Assembly (NCBI GenBank): GCA_910578885.1
Contig: CAJTSH010000012.1
Span: 25,950 to 89,949 of the forward strand
Length of the DNA stretch: 64,000 bases
Reading direction: 5' to 3'
Origin: an uncultured Lachnospiraceae bacterium
Lineage (GTDB): Bacteria; Bacillota; Clostridia; Lachnospirales; Lachnospiraceae
Shown: positions 44,567 through 54,742 of the stretch, one piece after another
How positions within the stretch are numbered: position 1 is the stretch's first letter
Layout of the letters: each line of letters opens with the position of its first letter
Notes under the pieces: model-generated
Databases searched by the model: none
What the model saw: only the letters and a program-made list of their open reading frames with translations
Told to the model about the DNA's origin: nothing
Position numbers and translations under genes: made by a program

Positions 44567-45751
44567 GTGGCAAAGAACATGTTGTATAAAACGGGTGAAC
44601 TGGCAAAACTTACGGGAGTGTCGCCGCGTACGGTGCGATTTTATGATATCAAAGGGATTCTTTTACCGGTAGAGTACTCGCAGTCTGGTTACAGAATGTA
44701 TGATAACAGCTCGGTTGAGAAACTTCAGAGAATACTTATGCTGAAATATCTGGGATTTTCTCTGGAACAGATTGAGGAGGTCATGAATCAGGAGCATTGG
44801 AATTTGATGGATTCAATCAATGAGCAAAAACATATGCTGCGCCAGAAGATAAAGCATATGCAGCGCGTGTTAGAAACAATAGAACAGATTGATGAAAAAG
44901 ATGAAAATATATGGAAGAGTATTCTTGAAGTTATCAGCTTGACAGAGGAAAAGGAACTTTTGGACAGACAATATGTCAATGATGTAAACCTGCAAAAAAG
45001 AATTAACATACATGACTATAGTACCTCAGAGGAAAACTGGATGAACTGGATTTATCATCGCCTGGACATAAAAAGCGGTATGCGGATATTGGAAATAGGA
45101 TGCGGAACCGGTCTTTTGTGGCTTGCAAATCTGTCCGGGCTGCCGGACAATATAGAGCTTACGCTTACCGACAATTCACGGGGAATGTTGGATAAGGTGA
45201 AAGATATGCTTGAACTGCACCGGAAAATGTTGGAGGCGAAGCATATAAAGTGTGAAGTATGTTTGCTGGATGCAGAAAATGCCATAATAGAAACAAACGC
45301 TTATGACAGAATAATAGCGAATCATATGCTGTACCATGTGAAAAAGAAAGAACAGCTATTTTTTGCAGTAAGAAAGGGGTTAAGAGAGGGTGGAATGTTT
45401 TGCTGTTCCACTGTCGGCAATGGTCATATGAAGGAATTAAATGAATTTGTCAGAGAGTTCAGTGATGAAATAGAGCTGTATTTTGCAGATGCGACAGAGA
45501 ACTTTCTGCTTGAGAACGGGCGGGAACAACTGGAGCGCTATTTTCAAAATGTAAGTCTCGATATTTTTGAAAGCGATCTGCTTGTGGACAATGCTGACGT
45601 GATATACGACTATGTGTGTTCTTATCCCGGAAATGCCCCGCAGATCCTCAAAAAGAAAGAGCAGGCGTTTAAGAAAAAGGTGAATCAAGTGATAGAAAGA
45701 GACGGAGCTTTCTATATTCAAAAATCTACGGGAATGTTTCGGGCATTCTAG
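44567..45751 (+). CDS. MerR HTH fused to class I SAM-dependent methyltransferase
   Basis: YKTGELAKLTGVSPRTVRFYD...GYRMY; ILEIGCGTG and ANHMLYHV. Confidence 0.9.
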   Translation: MAKNMLYKTGELAKLTGVSPRTVRFYDIKGILLPVEYSQSGYRMYDNSSVEKLQRILMLKYLGFSLEQIEEVMNQEHWNLMDSINEQKHMLRQKIKHMQRVLETIEQIDEKDENIWKSILEVISLTEEKELLDRQYVNDVNLQKRINIHDYSTSEENWMNWIYHRLDIKSGMRILEIGCGTGLLWLANLSGLPDNIELTLTDNSRGMLDKVKDMLELHRKMLEAKHIKCEVCLLDAENAIIETNAYDRIIANHMLYHVKKKEQLFFAVRKGLREGGMFCCSTVGNGHMKELNEFVREFSDEIELYFADATENFLLENGREQLERYFQNVSLDIFESDLLVDNADVIYDYVCSYPGNAPQILKKKEQAFKKKVNQVIERDGAFYIQKSTGMFRAF

Positions 45752-45817
45752 CGTGCTTGCGGATGGAAACTTTTAAAAAATGATGAAAGAGCAATTATAG
45801 ATCAAGTAAAAATCTTG

Positions 45818-45846
45818 GTATATAATTGCTTTTTTTACAGATACTA
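45818..45846 (+). promoter_or_regulatory. Possible SigG/SigF forespore promoter of spoVT
   Basis: GTATA-N17-GATACTA; spoVT is SigG-dependent in Bacillus. Confidence 0.5.
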
Positions 45847-45941
45847 CTACCACATGACACCAAGGAAAAGGTAAAAAAACAGAAGGAAAGAAATGGTTTT
45901 TACAGAGAAATCATTTCTAGGGATTGGAGGACAAAGTTAAC

Positions 45942-46490
45942 ATGAAGGCAACAGGAATTGTGCGTAGAATAGATGACCTTGGAAGAGTAGTAGTGCCGAA
46001 AGAGATTCGGAGAACCTTAAGAATCCGTGAAGGAGATCCGCTTGAGATATTTACGGACCGCGAAGGGGAAATTATCTTAAAAAAATATTCCCCGATCGGC
46101 GAATTGGGACAGTTTGCAGGTCAATATGCGGAGAGCCTTGCGCAGGCGACCGGACAGCTCGTGTGCATCACTGACCGGGATCATGTAATTGCAGCGGCAG
46201 GAAACGGAAAAAAGGATTTCGACGGGAAGCCAATCAGTAAGCAGTTAGAACATGTGATTGAAGAGAGAGCCACCATTCTGGCAGCACAGGAGGATGAAAC
46301 ATTTATTAAGGTTACGCTGGACGATACGGGAGAATATGACTCGCAGGCAATCAGCACCATTATCTGTGAAGGCGATGCAATCGGGTCAGTTGTCATCTAC
46401 GGGAAAGATGACAAAAAACAGGTGGGCGAGACGGAGAGCAAGCTGGTCATAACGGCTGCAGGATTTCTTGGCAAGCAGATGGAGCAGTAA
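45942..46490 (+). CDS. spoVT: Stage V sporulation protein T
   Basis: MKATGIVRRIDDLGRVVVPKEIRRTLRIREGDPLEIF plus GAF domain ending AAGFLGKQME. Confidence 0.96.
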   Translation: MKATGIVRRIDDLGRVVVPKEIRRTLRIREGDPLEIFTDREGEIILKKYSPIGELGQFAGQYAESLAQATGQLVCITDRDHVIAAAGNGKKDFDGKPISKQLEHVIEERATILAAQEDETFIKVTLDDTGEYDSQAISTIICEGDAIGSVVIYGKDDKKQVGETESKLVITAAGFLGKQMEQ

Positions 46491-46512
46491 GAAAAAGGAG
46501 TATACCAGTACA

Positions 46513-46549
46513 CTAAGGGATTGTGAAGATGGAATTCACAATCTCTTAG
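46513..46549. terminator. Hairpin between convergent spoVT and AraC genes
   Basis: CTAAGGGATTGTGAA...TTCACAATCTCTTAG. Confidence 0.6.
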
Positions 46550-47421
46550 TTGGAAGCTTCCTTCGCTTTCTTGCGGTATTCGCCGGGTGTCATATGAAAC
46601 TGCTCATAGAACATCCGTCGGAACAGCTTGTAGTTGGTAAAACCGTGCATTGAAAGAAGCTGCTTTAAGGTATAATCGGTAGATGCTAAATCATGATAAA
46701 TATGGGAAATCCTAATTTCATTCAGATATTGAAAATAGGTGACTCCCATATTTTTTTTGAAAAAATGACAGAAATATTCCTCCTGCAGACACGCCATCTG
46801 AGCTATCGCTTCTAGTGTGATCGCTTCGCGGTAATGCTCGTTCGTATATTGAAGAATCGGCTCTAAACGCTGGAAGTTTTTCATTTCACGTTTTACGAAT
46901 GCCGGCTGCAGCGGTTTGCCAAAGCTGTGATATAAAATATAAAGCATTTCAAAGAGAAGGCTGTTAAAGCGCAGAAGCTCTCCCTTCGGATGGAACTGAT
47001 AGACAATGTACATCTGATGGATGACTTCTTTTAACTTGGCAATCTTTGTCTGAAGAATCGGATTCTCGGTACGATAGTCAAAACCGAAGCTATGGGAGCC
47101 GATATCCGGAATATATTTTTTTAAAAAAGGATAGGGAAGCTGAATCAGGATTGCATGGTTGCCATTTATAGACTTTGTGGAATGGACAACCTTGGAGTCA
47201 ATCAGAAAAACATCCCCCGGATACAACTCATGCGTTTGATTGTTTATCGTAACATCGACCTCTCCTTCCAGAATATACATAATTTCAATGGCGATGTGCC
47301 AATGCGTGGCGACAAAACTGCTGGCATCGTGGAAGACCCAGAAGAAAATGTCAAATCCGTCTGTAATTCGGTCGTTTTCGAAAATTAGATTATCATTTGT
47401 ATCCATTCGTAAATATTGCAC
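46546..47421 (-). CDS. AraC family regulator
   Basis: THWHIAIEIMYILEG cupin; HGFTNYKLFRRMF...MTPGEYRK. Confidence 0.92.
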   Translation of the reverse strand: MQYLRMDTNDNLIFENDRITDGFDIFFWVFHDASSFVATHWHIAIEIMYILEGEVDVTINNQTHELYPGDVFLIDSKVVHSTKSINGNHAILIQLPYPFLKKYIPDIGSHSFGFDYRTENPILQTKIAKLKEVIHQMYIVYQFHPKGELLRFNSLLFEMLYILYHSFGKPLQPAFVKREMKNFQRLEPILQYTNEHYREAITLEAIAQMACLQEEYFCHFFKKNMGVTYFQYLNEIRISHIYHDLASTDYTLKQLLSMHGFTNYKLFRRMFYEQFHMTPGEYRKKAKEASN

Positions 47422-47630
47422 CCTTTCTTAAAATATTACAAAAAAATATTCTTTTATATAAAAATCATATCATAATAAGATAGAAATAACAATATTGACC
47501 TATTTTTTGAACGTTTTACGGAAAAGGAAATCAAGCCTCATCTTTTAATAAAATGTTTATTGGCTTTTTTGGAGGAAATGGAGTATCATGTACTTACGAG
47601 TTTTTTAGTTGGTAATAAACGGAGGCAGCC

Positions 47631-48335
47631 ATGAACGACAAATTTACCCGTACCGCCCTCTTGTTAGGCGAGGCGGGCATACATAAATTAGAACAGGCGC
47701 ACGTCATTTTGTTCGGCGTCGGCGGAGTCGGCGGCTATGCGGCAGAAGCATTGGCACGCAGCGGCATCGGACATCTTTCGCTGGTAGATAAAGACATAGT
47801 CAGCGAATCAAATATCAACCGCCAGATTATCGCCACGACGAAGACTGTCGGAAGACCGAAGGTCGAGGTAATGAAGGAGCGGATAGAAGAAATTAATCCG
47901 GAAGCAAAAGTGGACATTTATCATTGCTTTTATCTGCCTGAGACGGCGGATCGGTTTGACTTTAAGACGTATGACTACGTGGTGGACGCCGTAGATAATG
48001 TGACGGCGAAAATAGAGCTCGCGCTCAGGGCGAAAGCGGCAGGAGTGCCGATGATTGCAAGTATGGGAGCGGGAAATAAGCTGGATGCATCAAGGTTCGA
48101 GGTGTCGGACATTTACCGGACGTCAGTTTGTCCGCTTGCGAAGGTTATGCGCCGGGAGTTGAAAAAACGCGGCGTGGACAGTTTAAAAGTTGTGTATTCA
48201 AGAGAAGAGCCGATAAAGAATGAGGCGGCGGGGGAAGAGGGACGCCGAAGTACTCCGGGAAGCGTTGCATTTGTTCCGAGCGTTGCAGGATTGATTTTGG
48301 CGGGAGAAGTAGTAAAGGACATCTGCAATTGGTAA
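47631..48335 (+). CDS. tcdA: tRNA threonylcarbamoyladenosine dehydratase (ThiF family)
   Basis: FGVGGVGG, SNINRQI, SMGAGNK, CPLAKVMRRELK, VVYSREEP. Confidence 0.9.
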   Translation: MNDKFTRTALLLGEAGIHKLEQAHVILFGVGGVGGYAAEALARSGIGHLSLVDKDIVSESNINRQIIATTKTVGRPKVEVMKERIEEINPEAKVDIYHCFYLPETADRFDFKTYDYVVDAVDNVTAKIELALRAKAAGVPMIASMGAGNKLDASRFEVSDIYRTSVCPLAKVMRRELKKRGVDSLKVVYSREEPIKNEAAGEEGRRSTPGSVAFVPSVAGLILAGEVVKDICNW

Positions 48336-48415
48336 AAAGGAGATTGTCTTTGGAAGGTTAACGATAAAGTGAAAGATCAAGCTGATACAGGGAACACGTA
48401 AACGAGGGAGGAAAT

Positions 48416-50407
48416 ATGGCCCGAAAAAAGAAACAGAAAAAGAAACACCGTGGTTTATGGGGATTTATTTACATACAGATTGTGCTCATTCTGATGGTGG
48501 CAGGCGGGCTTGCCTATTATTTTCTGGGAGGCTACGGTGCAACGGTAAACGAGTTGTCCGCAGAGGCGAAGCGGCTGGTGCGTACATCTACGCAGGAAAC
48601 GTTCCGGGCGGTTCAGACCAGTGTGGTATATGATGCAAGCGGCGGACAGATATCGGTATTAAAGGGAGAAAAGGACGTATACTATCTTGAGTTTGAAGAA
48701 ATTCCGGAGAATGTAAAAGAAGCGATTATCAGCATTGAGGACAAGAAATTTTATCATCATGGAGGAATTGATTATAAGGCGATAATCCGGGCGGCATGGG
48801 CAATGATACAAAACGGGGAAGTATCTCAGGGAGGAAGCACCATCACACAGCAGCTTGCGCGAAATGTTTTTTTAAGCCACGAGAGGACATGGGAGCGTAA
48901 GATGGAGGAAATCTTCATCGCAACGGAATTGGAAAAGAAATATTCCAAGGATAAAATTCTGGAATTTTACCTGAACAACATATATTTTGGAAACGGGTAC
49001 TACGGAATACAGGCGGCGAGCCGTGGGTATTTCGATTTAGACGTAAAAAACCTGAATCTATCGCAGATTGCATTCTTGTGTGCAATACCGAATAATCCGA
49101 CCCTCTATGACCCTGTAACGAATATGGAAAATACCCTCAAGCGGAGGAACCGGATCTTGGAAAACATGGTAACGGATGAAAAGATTACACAGGCGGCGTG
49201 TTCGCTTGCTAAAGCGGAAGATATCACGCTGAAACGTCCGGTAAAAGAAAAAAATAATTATGTCGAAACTTTTGCCTATTACTGTGCTACACGGGCGCTT
49301 ATGGAGACGAAGGGGTTTGTGTTTCAGACGGAGTTCGGGACATTGGAAGAAAGGGAGGCGTACGAGGAGGAATATCGCAGTCTGTATGAAGAGTGTGAAC
49401 GAAGCCTGTATACCGGAGGTTATCGAATTTATACTTCTATTGATTTGAAGATGCAGGAGATGCTGCAGCAAGCGATTGACGAGAAACTGGCAGGTTATAC
49501 GGAGCAGAACGAAGAGGGGATATATGCGCTTCAGAGTGCATCTGTCTGCATTGATAATCAGAGCGGGTTTGTAAAAGCTGCTGTGGGCGGGCGGAGTCAG
49601 GAATATCATGGATATACATTGAACCGCGCCTACCAGAGCTATCGCCAGCCGGGAAGCGCGATTAAGCCGCTGATAGTCTATACGCCTCTTCTGGAGCGGG
49701 AGTATACGCCTGACAGTCTTGTTGTGGATGAACCGATTGAAGGCGGTCCCGCAAATTCTACCGGCAGCTACGCCGGAACGGTAACGCTGCGTTATGCGGT
49801 AGAGCGTTCCATCAATACGGTGGCATGGAAACTTCTGGAAGAATTGACTCCTGCGGTGGGACTGTCTTATTTGAAGGAAATGAATTTCGCAAAATTGGAT
49901 AAGGAAGATGAGCGTCCGAGTGCGGCATTGGGCGGATTTACGACGGGAGTATCCCCGGTGGAAATGGCGGCGGGCTTTGCAACACTGGAAAATAACGGAA
50001 GGTATCGGCAGCCGACTTGTGTCGTGAAGATATTGGATGCCCAAGGGAACGAAATTTATTTGGCTTCGCAGGAAGAAAAGCAGGTTTATAATGAAAATGC
50101 GGCAAGAACTATGACCGGTATTCTGGAAGGAGTGCTGACAAGCGGAACGGCAAAGGGGCTTGCACTTGAGAGCACAGCGAGCGCAGGAAAGACGGGCACT
50201 ACGAACTCACATAAGGACGGCTGGTTTGTCGGATATACGAAATATTATACCACAAGTGTATGGGTGGGATATGATATGCCGAGAGAGCTGCCGGAACTGA
50301 CCGGGTCTGGATATCCGGCGGAAATCTGGTATACTTTTATGAAAGAATTGCACAAAGACCTGCCGTATGCCGAATTTATCGCACCGGCGGGAAGCGCAAG
50401 TTTGTAA
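48416..50407 (+). CDS. Class A penicillin-binding protein (PBP1A family)
   Basis: IEDKKFYHHGGID, QGGSTITQQL, PGSAIKP (SxxK), SIN, GKTGT. Confidence 0.95.
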   Translation: MARKKKQKKKHRGLWGFIYIQIVLILMVAGGLAYYFLGGYGATVNELSAEAKRLVRTSTQETFRAVQTSVVYDASGGQISVLKGEKDVYYLEFEEIPENVKEAIISIEDKKFYHHGGIDYKAIIRAAWAMIQNGEVSQGGSTITQQLARNVFLSHERTWERKMEEIFIATELEKKYSKDKILEFYLNNIYFGNGYYGIQAASRGYFDLDVKNLNLSQIAFLCAIPNNPTLYDPVTNMENTLKRRNRILENMVTDEKITQAACSLAKAEDITLKRPVKEKNNYVETFAYYCATRALMETKGFVFQTEFGTLEEREAYEEEYRSLYEECERSLYTGGYRIYTSIDLKMQEMLQQAIDEKLAGYTEQNEEGIYALQSASVCIDNQSGFVKAAVGGRSQEYHGYTLNRAYQSYRQPGSAIKPLIVYTPLLEREYTPDSLVVDEPIEGGPANSTGSYAGTVTLRYAVERSINTVAWKLLEELTPAVGLSYLKEMNFAKLDKEDERPSAALGGFTTGVSPVEMAAGFATLENNGRYRQPTCVVKILDAQGNEIYLASQEEKQVYNENAARTMTGILEGVLTSGTAKGLALESTASAGKTGTTNSHKDGWFVGYTKYYTTSVWVGYDMPRELPELTGSGYPAEIWYTFMKELHKDLPYAEFIAPAGSASL

Positions 50408-50497
50408 GTATAACTTCCAAATCTAAATGGATGGTGTGAAAAGTACGCCGGAAAGAGAAGAAAATCACAGAGAAAGATACGCAGGAAGGGTAAGCAT

Positions 50498-51160
50498 ATG
50501 GAGAAAAAAGCGGATTTTAAAACGATGAAAAAGTCGGAAATTGCAGGTTTTGTCTGGGATTATTACAAATGGTTCATTATTGTGGGCATAATTATAATCG
50601 CAGCGGTGGTGGGAATTGTACGCCATTTCTTGTCCTACAAGGACTCCGTAGTGCAGATTGCACTGCTGAATTGTAATAAGACGCAAATGGAAAAAGAAGA
50701 GCCGGATTTTACAGATTTTATGGAAATGTATGGCTATGATTCCAGAAAGGAAGAGATAAAAGTCAATACAGGATATGATGTGGATATAAATGCCACCAGT
50801 TCAGCGGAGATCTACAGTTTTCAGTCCTTTGTAGCGCTGACTGCTGCAGGCGGCGTGGATGTAATGGCCGCAGATGAAGAGACATACGAATTTGTTGCGG
50901 AATGCCGGGCAATTGCGAGTCTGGAAGAGTATTTGCCGGGAGGATTCATGGAGAAATACAACGAGGATATCGTTTATGCAAAAAATATGGATACCGGAGA
51001 AGATTTTCCGGCGGGGATCCGTATTGAAAATAATCCTTGGATGGTAGAACATGGATTTTACGGAGAGGACTGTGTGATAGGATTTGGAAACGGAACCAAG
51101 AAGGAGGAGGCGGCAGTACAGATGTTTTTGTACATTCTTGGTGAGAGCGATAATTTTTGA
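50498..51160 (+). CDS. Membrane-anchored hypothetical protein, solute-binding-protein-like
   Basis: FVWDYYKW plus one TM segment; AAGGVDVMAAD...SLEEYL resembles SBP motifs. Confidence 0.6.
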   Translation: MEKKADFKTMKKSEIAGFVWDYYKWFIIVGIIIIAAVVGIVRHFLSYKDSVVQIALLNCNKTQMEKEEPDFTDFMEMYGYDSRKEEIKVNTGYDVDINATSSAEIYSFQSFVALTAAGGVDVMAADEETYEFVAECRAIASLEEYLPGGFMEKYNEDIVYAKNMDTGEDFPAGIRIENNPWMVEHGFYGEDCVIGFGNGTKKEEAAVQMFLYILGESDNF

Positions 51161-51176
51161 AAATGCCATAACCGCA

Positions 51177-51205
51177 TTGACATTAGATGGGAATTTTTTT
51201 ATACT
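51177..51205 (+). promoter_or_regulatory. Sigma-A promoter of glucokinase
   Basis: TTGACA-N17-TATACT. Confidence 0.75.
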
Positions 51206-51283
51206 AAACTTATGTGATTCGGCTATAACTGGTGTAAATCACACAGTATAGACGGAAAGAAGAGAGCAAAAGGAGAAGCAGGC

Positions 51284-52222
51284 ATGAAGAAATATGGTTT
51301 TGGCGTAGATATTGGAGGGACAACCTGTAAAATAGGTTTTTTTGAGACAAATGGAACTTTGCTGGATAAATGGGAGATTAAAACCAACACGGAAAATGGC
51401 GGTGCGTCAATCTTAGATGATGTGACTGCATCAATTCAGGAAAAGATGGAAAAAGATAACATTGGCAGGGATGATGTACAGGGCGTTGGCGTCGGCGTAC
51501 CCGGACCGGTAACGGGAGACGGAACTGTGCTGCAGTGCGTCAATCTCGGCTGGGGCGTTGTAAATGTGGCAGAGGAGCTGGGAAATAAGTGCGGTTTCCC
51601 GGTAAAGGTCGGAAATGACGCTAACGTAGCGGCGTTAGGAGAAATGTGGCAGGGCGGCGGCAAGGGCTATTCCAACGTTGTTATGGTAACGCTCGGAACC
51701 GGCGTCGGCGGCGGAATCATTGTGGACGGTAAGATTGTGGCAGGTGCAAGAGGCGCAGGCGGAGAGATTGGCCATATGATGGTAAATGAGAATGAGACAG
51801 ATACCTGCGGCTGCGGGAAAAAGGGCTGTCTGGAACAGTATACATCTGCAACCGGAATCGTGCGTATGGCGAAGCACAGACTGGCAGAGGATACGCAGGA
51901 GACAGTGCTGCGGGGAATTGAACCTCTTACGGCAAAGGATATCTTTGATCAGGCAAAAGCGGGAGATACAGTGGCAGCTGGGATGGTAGAAGAGCTTGGT
52001 AAAGTCCTTGGGACAGCGCTTGCAGGAATTGCTTGTGTGGTAAATCCTGAAGTTTTTGTAATCGGCGGCGGCGTGTCTAAAGCGGGCAGCATATTATTGG
52101 ATGTCATTGAGAAATATTACATGGAGCGGACGTTCCACGTATGCCGGGAGGCGAAATTTGCGCTTGCTTCTCTTGGTAATGATGCGGGAATGTATGGCTG
52201 CGTTCAGATGATATTGGATTAA
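51284..52222 (+). CDS. glk: ROK family glucokinase
   Basis: GVDIGGT, NDANVAALGE, TLGTGVGGG, GEIGH, CGCGKKGCLE. Confidence 0.93.
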   Translation: MKKYGFGVDIGGTTCKIGFFETNGTLLDKWEIKTNTENGGASILDDVTASIQEKMEKDNIGRDDVQGVGVGVPGPVTGDGTVLQCVNLGWGVVNVAEELGNKCGFPVKVGNDANVAALGEMWQGGGKGYSNVVMVTLGTGVGGGIIVDGKIVAGARGAGGEIGHMMVNENETDTCGCGKKGCLEQYTSATGIVRMAKHRLAEDTQETVLRGIEPLTAKDIFDQAKAGDTVAAGMVEELGKVLGTALAGIACVVNPEVFVIGGGVSKAGSILLDVIEKYYMERTFHVCREAKFALASLGNDAGMYGCVQMILD

Positions 52223-52244
52223 AGCATAAAAACAGATGTGCGAT

Positions 52245-54608
52245 TTAAGACTGCACATCTGTTTTTTTAATGCTGGCTCTTCGGTTTGCTTTTGCCTGAT
52301 AAAGCAGGGCGTCGGATTCTTGTATGATTTTGTTCAGGTCAATCTGCGGGCAGCAGAGGAATTCATAAATTCCAAAAGAAAATTCCACATAGTATGGCTT
52401 ATCTGATGTACGATTAAATTCATCTCCGGCGCTGTGAAGCTCATATAAAATGTGTTTCTGAAAATCCGCATCTTCAGAGAGTATCAGAGAGATAAATTCA
52501 TCTCCGCCGATTCTGGCAGTGACGGCATTTTCAGGAAGTATCTGCCGAAGTCTTGCTGCGCCGGCGCTGATAGCAAAATCACCGGCGGCGTGGCCAAAGC
52601 AGTCGTTGATTTCCTTTAAGTGGTCTAAATCGCCGAAAATCAAATATGCTTTCTTGCCGGGATTCGCTTCGCAAGTCTGTAGTGCGCGTTCCATGAAGCC
52701 GCGTCGGTTCAGTAATTTGCTTAATTCGTCATATTCGGAGATGAAACTTAAAATATGATTCTGCTCCTGAATGACTTTCAAAGAATTTTTGAGTTCAATT
52801 CGGGATTCGTATTCCGCAATATTCAGCTCCCAGAAATGCAGCAGAGAACCAAGCTGCAAGCTGCATATCTGTAAAAAGGAAATATCTGCCTGATCTACTT
52901 CGCACAACATAATCCCATATTGTTTCGCATTGGAAAATAGTATGAAGGATGTAAGGCATGCAGGATGGTCTATATTTAGGAAAGACGCACATCCGTTTTC
53001 GGCCGTGACGCAGGGCCACCTATTTTTCGGGTAATATACCGTTTCGGAAGCGGTAAAATATGTAAGCAGATACATCTCGGGCGGGAAAGCAAGGGGTTCG
53101 CCTGTTTCGTGGATGACTGCTTCGTCGAAAAGGAAAAAGTAGGCGCTTTTTACCTTCATCATTTTCAGGCGGTTTAAAACATGGATCATCGTCTGTTGAA
53201 AGTCTTTGGGCGAGGAAAAATGAGTCAAATCTCTGGAAAATGACGGCACAAACCATGCTTTGCGGGTGGAGTCCATAATTTCCTGCTCCAGATTTAAGAT
53301 ATCCGCCGAGTGGATATGCCGCTGGGTAGCAGTGATAATCGAAGCAAGAAGCTGCTGCATATTATCGTTTTTGGCGTTCGCAAAAAGGAGCTGCAGCGGG
53401 CCGGAAAATTGTTCCCAGAGCAGTAGGTTGGAAACATGCGGGTATGCCGTGAGCTGCTTTAAGATGCCGAGCAGATAATCCATATGGAAATTGGAACCAT
53501 TAAAACGGAAGGCAATCGTATAAACATAGTGAAAATACTCCAGAATCAGATTGCCGAAGTGGTTTCTGTCTTTTTTATATGGGATGCCGGAAAGGAGTCC
53601 GGTCGTAATGGAACCAATTGCTTTCAAAACAAAATCTTCCAGTTCGTCTTCTGGAATATAAGTGTCAAGCATTGCATTGACGGAAGCGCATCCGCAGGAA
53701 GAACGCTTGCGGAAAGAAACCGGCATTCGTTGGGAAACCGGTTTTTTGCCCAGGCACAAAGAAATAGCATTTTTTAATGCACAATAGCTGAACTGAAAAC
53801 TGCTGTGGGAAACACTGGTAAGAGGAGGTTCCATAGTGCGTGAAGATTCCACATCGTCAAAACCGGTAATTGCGATATCCTTGCCGATCAGTAAATCTCT
53901 GGACGCACATACCCGATAGCAGGATTTTGCCATCGTGTCATTTGCACAGGCAATCGCTTCCAGCCCCGGATTTAAGTCTAAAAGCCGGGAGACTTGTTCC
54001 GTGACCTGTTCGGTATAATCGCCAAAAGCCACCATTGTATCGGTGACTTCCAGATTGTGTTCTTTCATGACGTCATGATATGCGTTCAAACGCTCGGATG
54101 AATCAAGATTGTTCTGAGGTCCGCTGAGGAATGCGATTTTTTTATAGTGGTGATCACACACGAGATGTTCCACGCAGGCGCGCATACCGTTATAATTGTC
54201 CGCCATCAGATAAGGGGTATTGGAATCCTCCGGCAGTTCCTCCAATAAGAGATAGGGAATGTCTGCATACTTGTCTAAAAATTCCTGCTTACTCTTAACA
54301 TTGTTAAATATAGAAAGAGAGCCGTATGTAACGATCAGTGCATCCGGCTTCAAAAAATGTGCATAGTTATAAATGGTATCAAATTGATAATTATAATCTC
54401 CTTCAATACTGCAGGAAAGAATGTCCGTGCAGTACGGAGGCATTTGCGGTCCCATAAGAAAGAGAATGTTGACATTTTCTTCCTTTGCACAAGTATAAAA
54501 ACCACGCAGCAGCGCTTCGGAATAGTCTGACTGCGTGTCTCCTAACATAATTGCAATTGTAAAGCGTTTGTTACTGAAATTATTCATATGTAACACTTCC
54601 TCGCGCAT
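52245..54608 (-). CDS. LacI-type sugar-binding domain fused to GGDEF diguanylate cyclase
   Basis: ADNYNGM..CVEHL, IAFLSGP, ACANDTMA, DIAITGFDD, PPLTSV; C-terminal DLDHLKEINDCFGHAAGD and ARIGGDEF. Confidence 0.92.
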   Translation of the reverse strand: MREEVLHMNNFSNKRFTIAIMLGDTQSDYSEALLRGFYTCAKEENVNILFLMGPQMPPYCTDILSCSIEGDYNYQFDTIYNYAHFLKPDALIVTYGSLSIFNNVKSKQEFLDKYADIPYLLLEELPEDSNTPYLMADNYNGMRACVEHLVCDHHYKKIAFLSGPQNNLDSSERLNAYHDVMKEHNLEVTDTMVAFGDYTEQVTEQVSRLLDLNPGLEAIACANDTMAKSCYRVCASRDLLIGKDIAITGFDDVESSRTMEPPLTSVSHSSFQFSYCALKNAISLCLGKKPVSQRMPVSFRKRSSCGCASVNAMLDTYIPEDELEDFVLKAIGSITTGLLSGIPYKKDRNHFGNLILEYFHYVYTIAFRFNGSNFHMDYLLGILKQLTAYPHVSNLLLWEQFSGPLQLLFANAKNDNMQQLLASIITATQRHIHSADILNLEQEIMDSTRKAWFVPSFSRDLTHFSSPKDFQQTMIHVLNRLKMMKVKSAYFFLFDEAVIHETGEPLAFPPEMYLLTYFTASETVYYPKNRWPCVTAENGCASFLNIDHPACLTSFILFSNAKQYGIMLCEVDQADISFLQICSLQLGSLLHFWELNIAEYESRIELKNSLKVIQEQNHILSFISEYDELSKLLNRRGFMERALQTCEANPGKKAYLIFGDLDHLKEINDCFGHAAGDFAISAGAARLRQILPENAVTARIGGDEFISLILSEDADFQKHILYELHSAGDEFNRTSDKPYYVEFSFGIYEFLCCPQIDLNKIIQESDALLYQAKANRRASIKKTDVQS

Positions 54609-54667
54609 ATAGTCGTTAATCCAGAATCAGTATAGCATACTATGGGGAAAAAAGAAATATAAAAAGA

Positions 54668-54697
54668 CCGGAATCCCTTGTGGTAAAAGGATTCCGG
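54668..54697. terminator. Terminator hairpin downstream of the 724-aa gene
   Basis: CCGGAATCC...GGATTCCGG with an A run on the left (T run on the minus strand). Confidence 0.65.
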
Positions 54698-54742
54698 CGC
54701 CGTTGCGGAATGTGGATGGTCCGCGGTATGAATGATAATTAC

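Noticed and set aside
49058..50044. Long antisense ORF (also 1574..2296, 16909..17577, 39210..39836, 62124..62792 and others)
   Set aside because: Shadows of well-supported genes on the opposite strand, with no protein-like motifs
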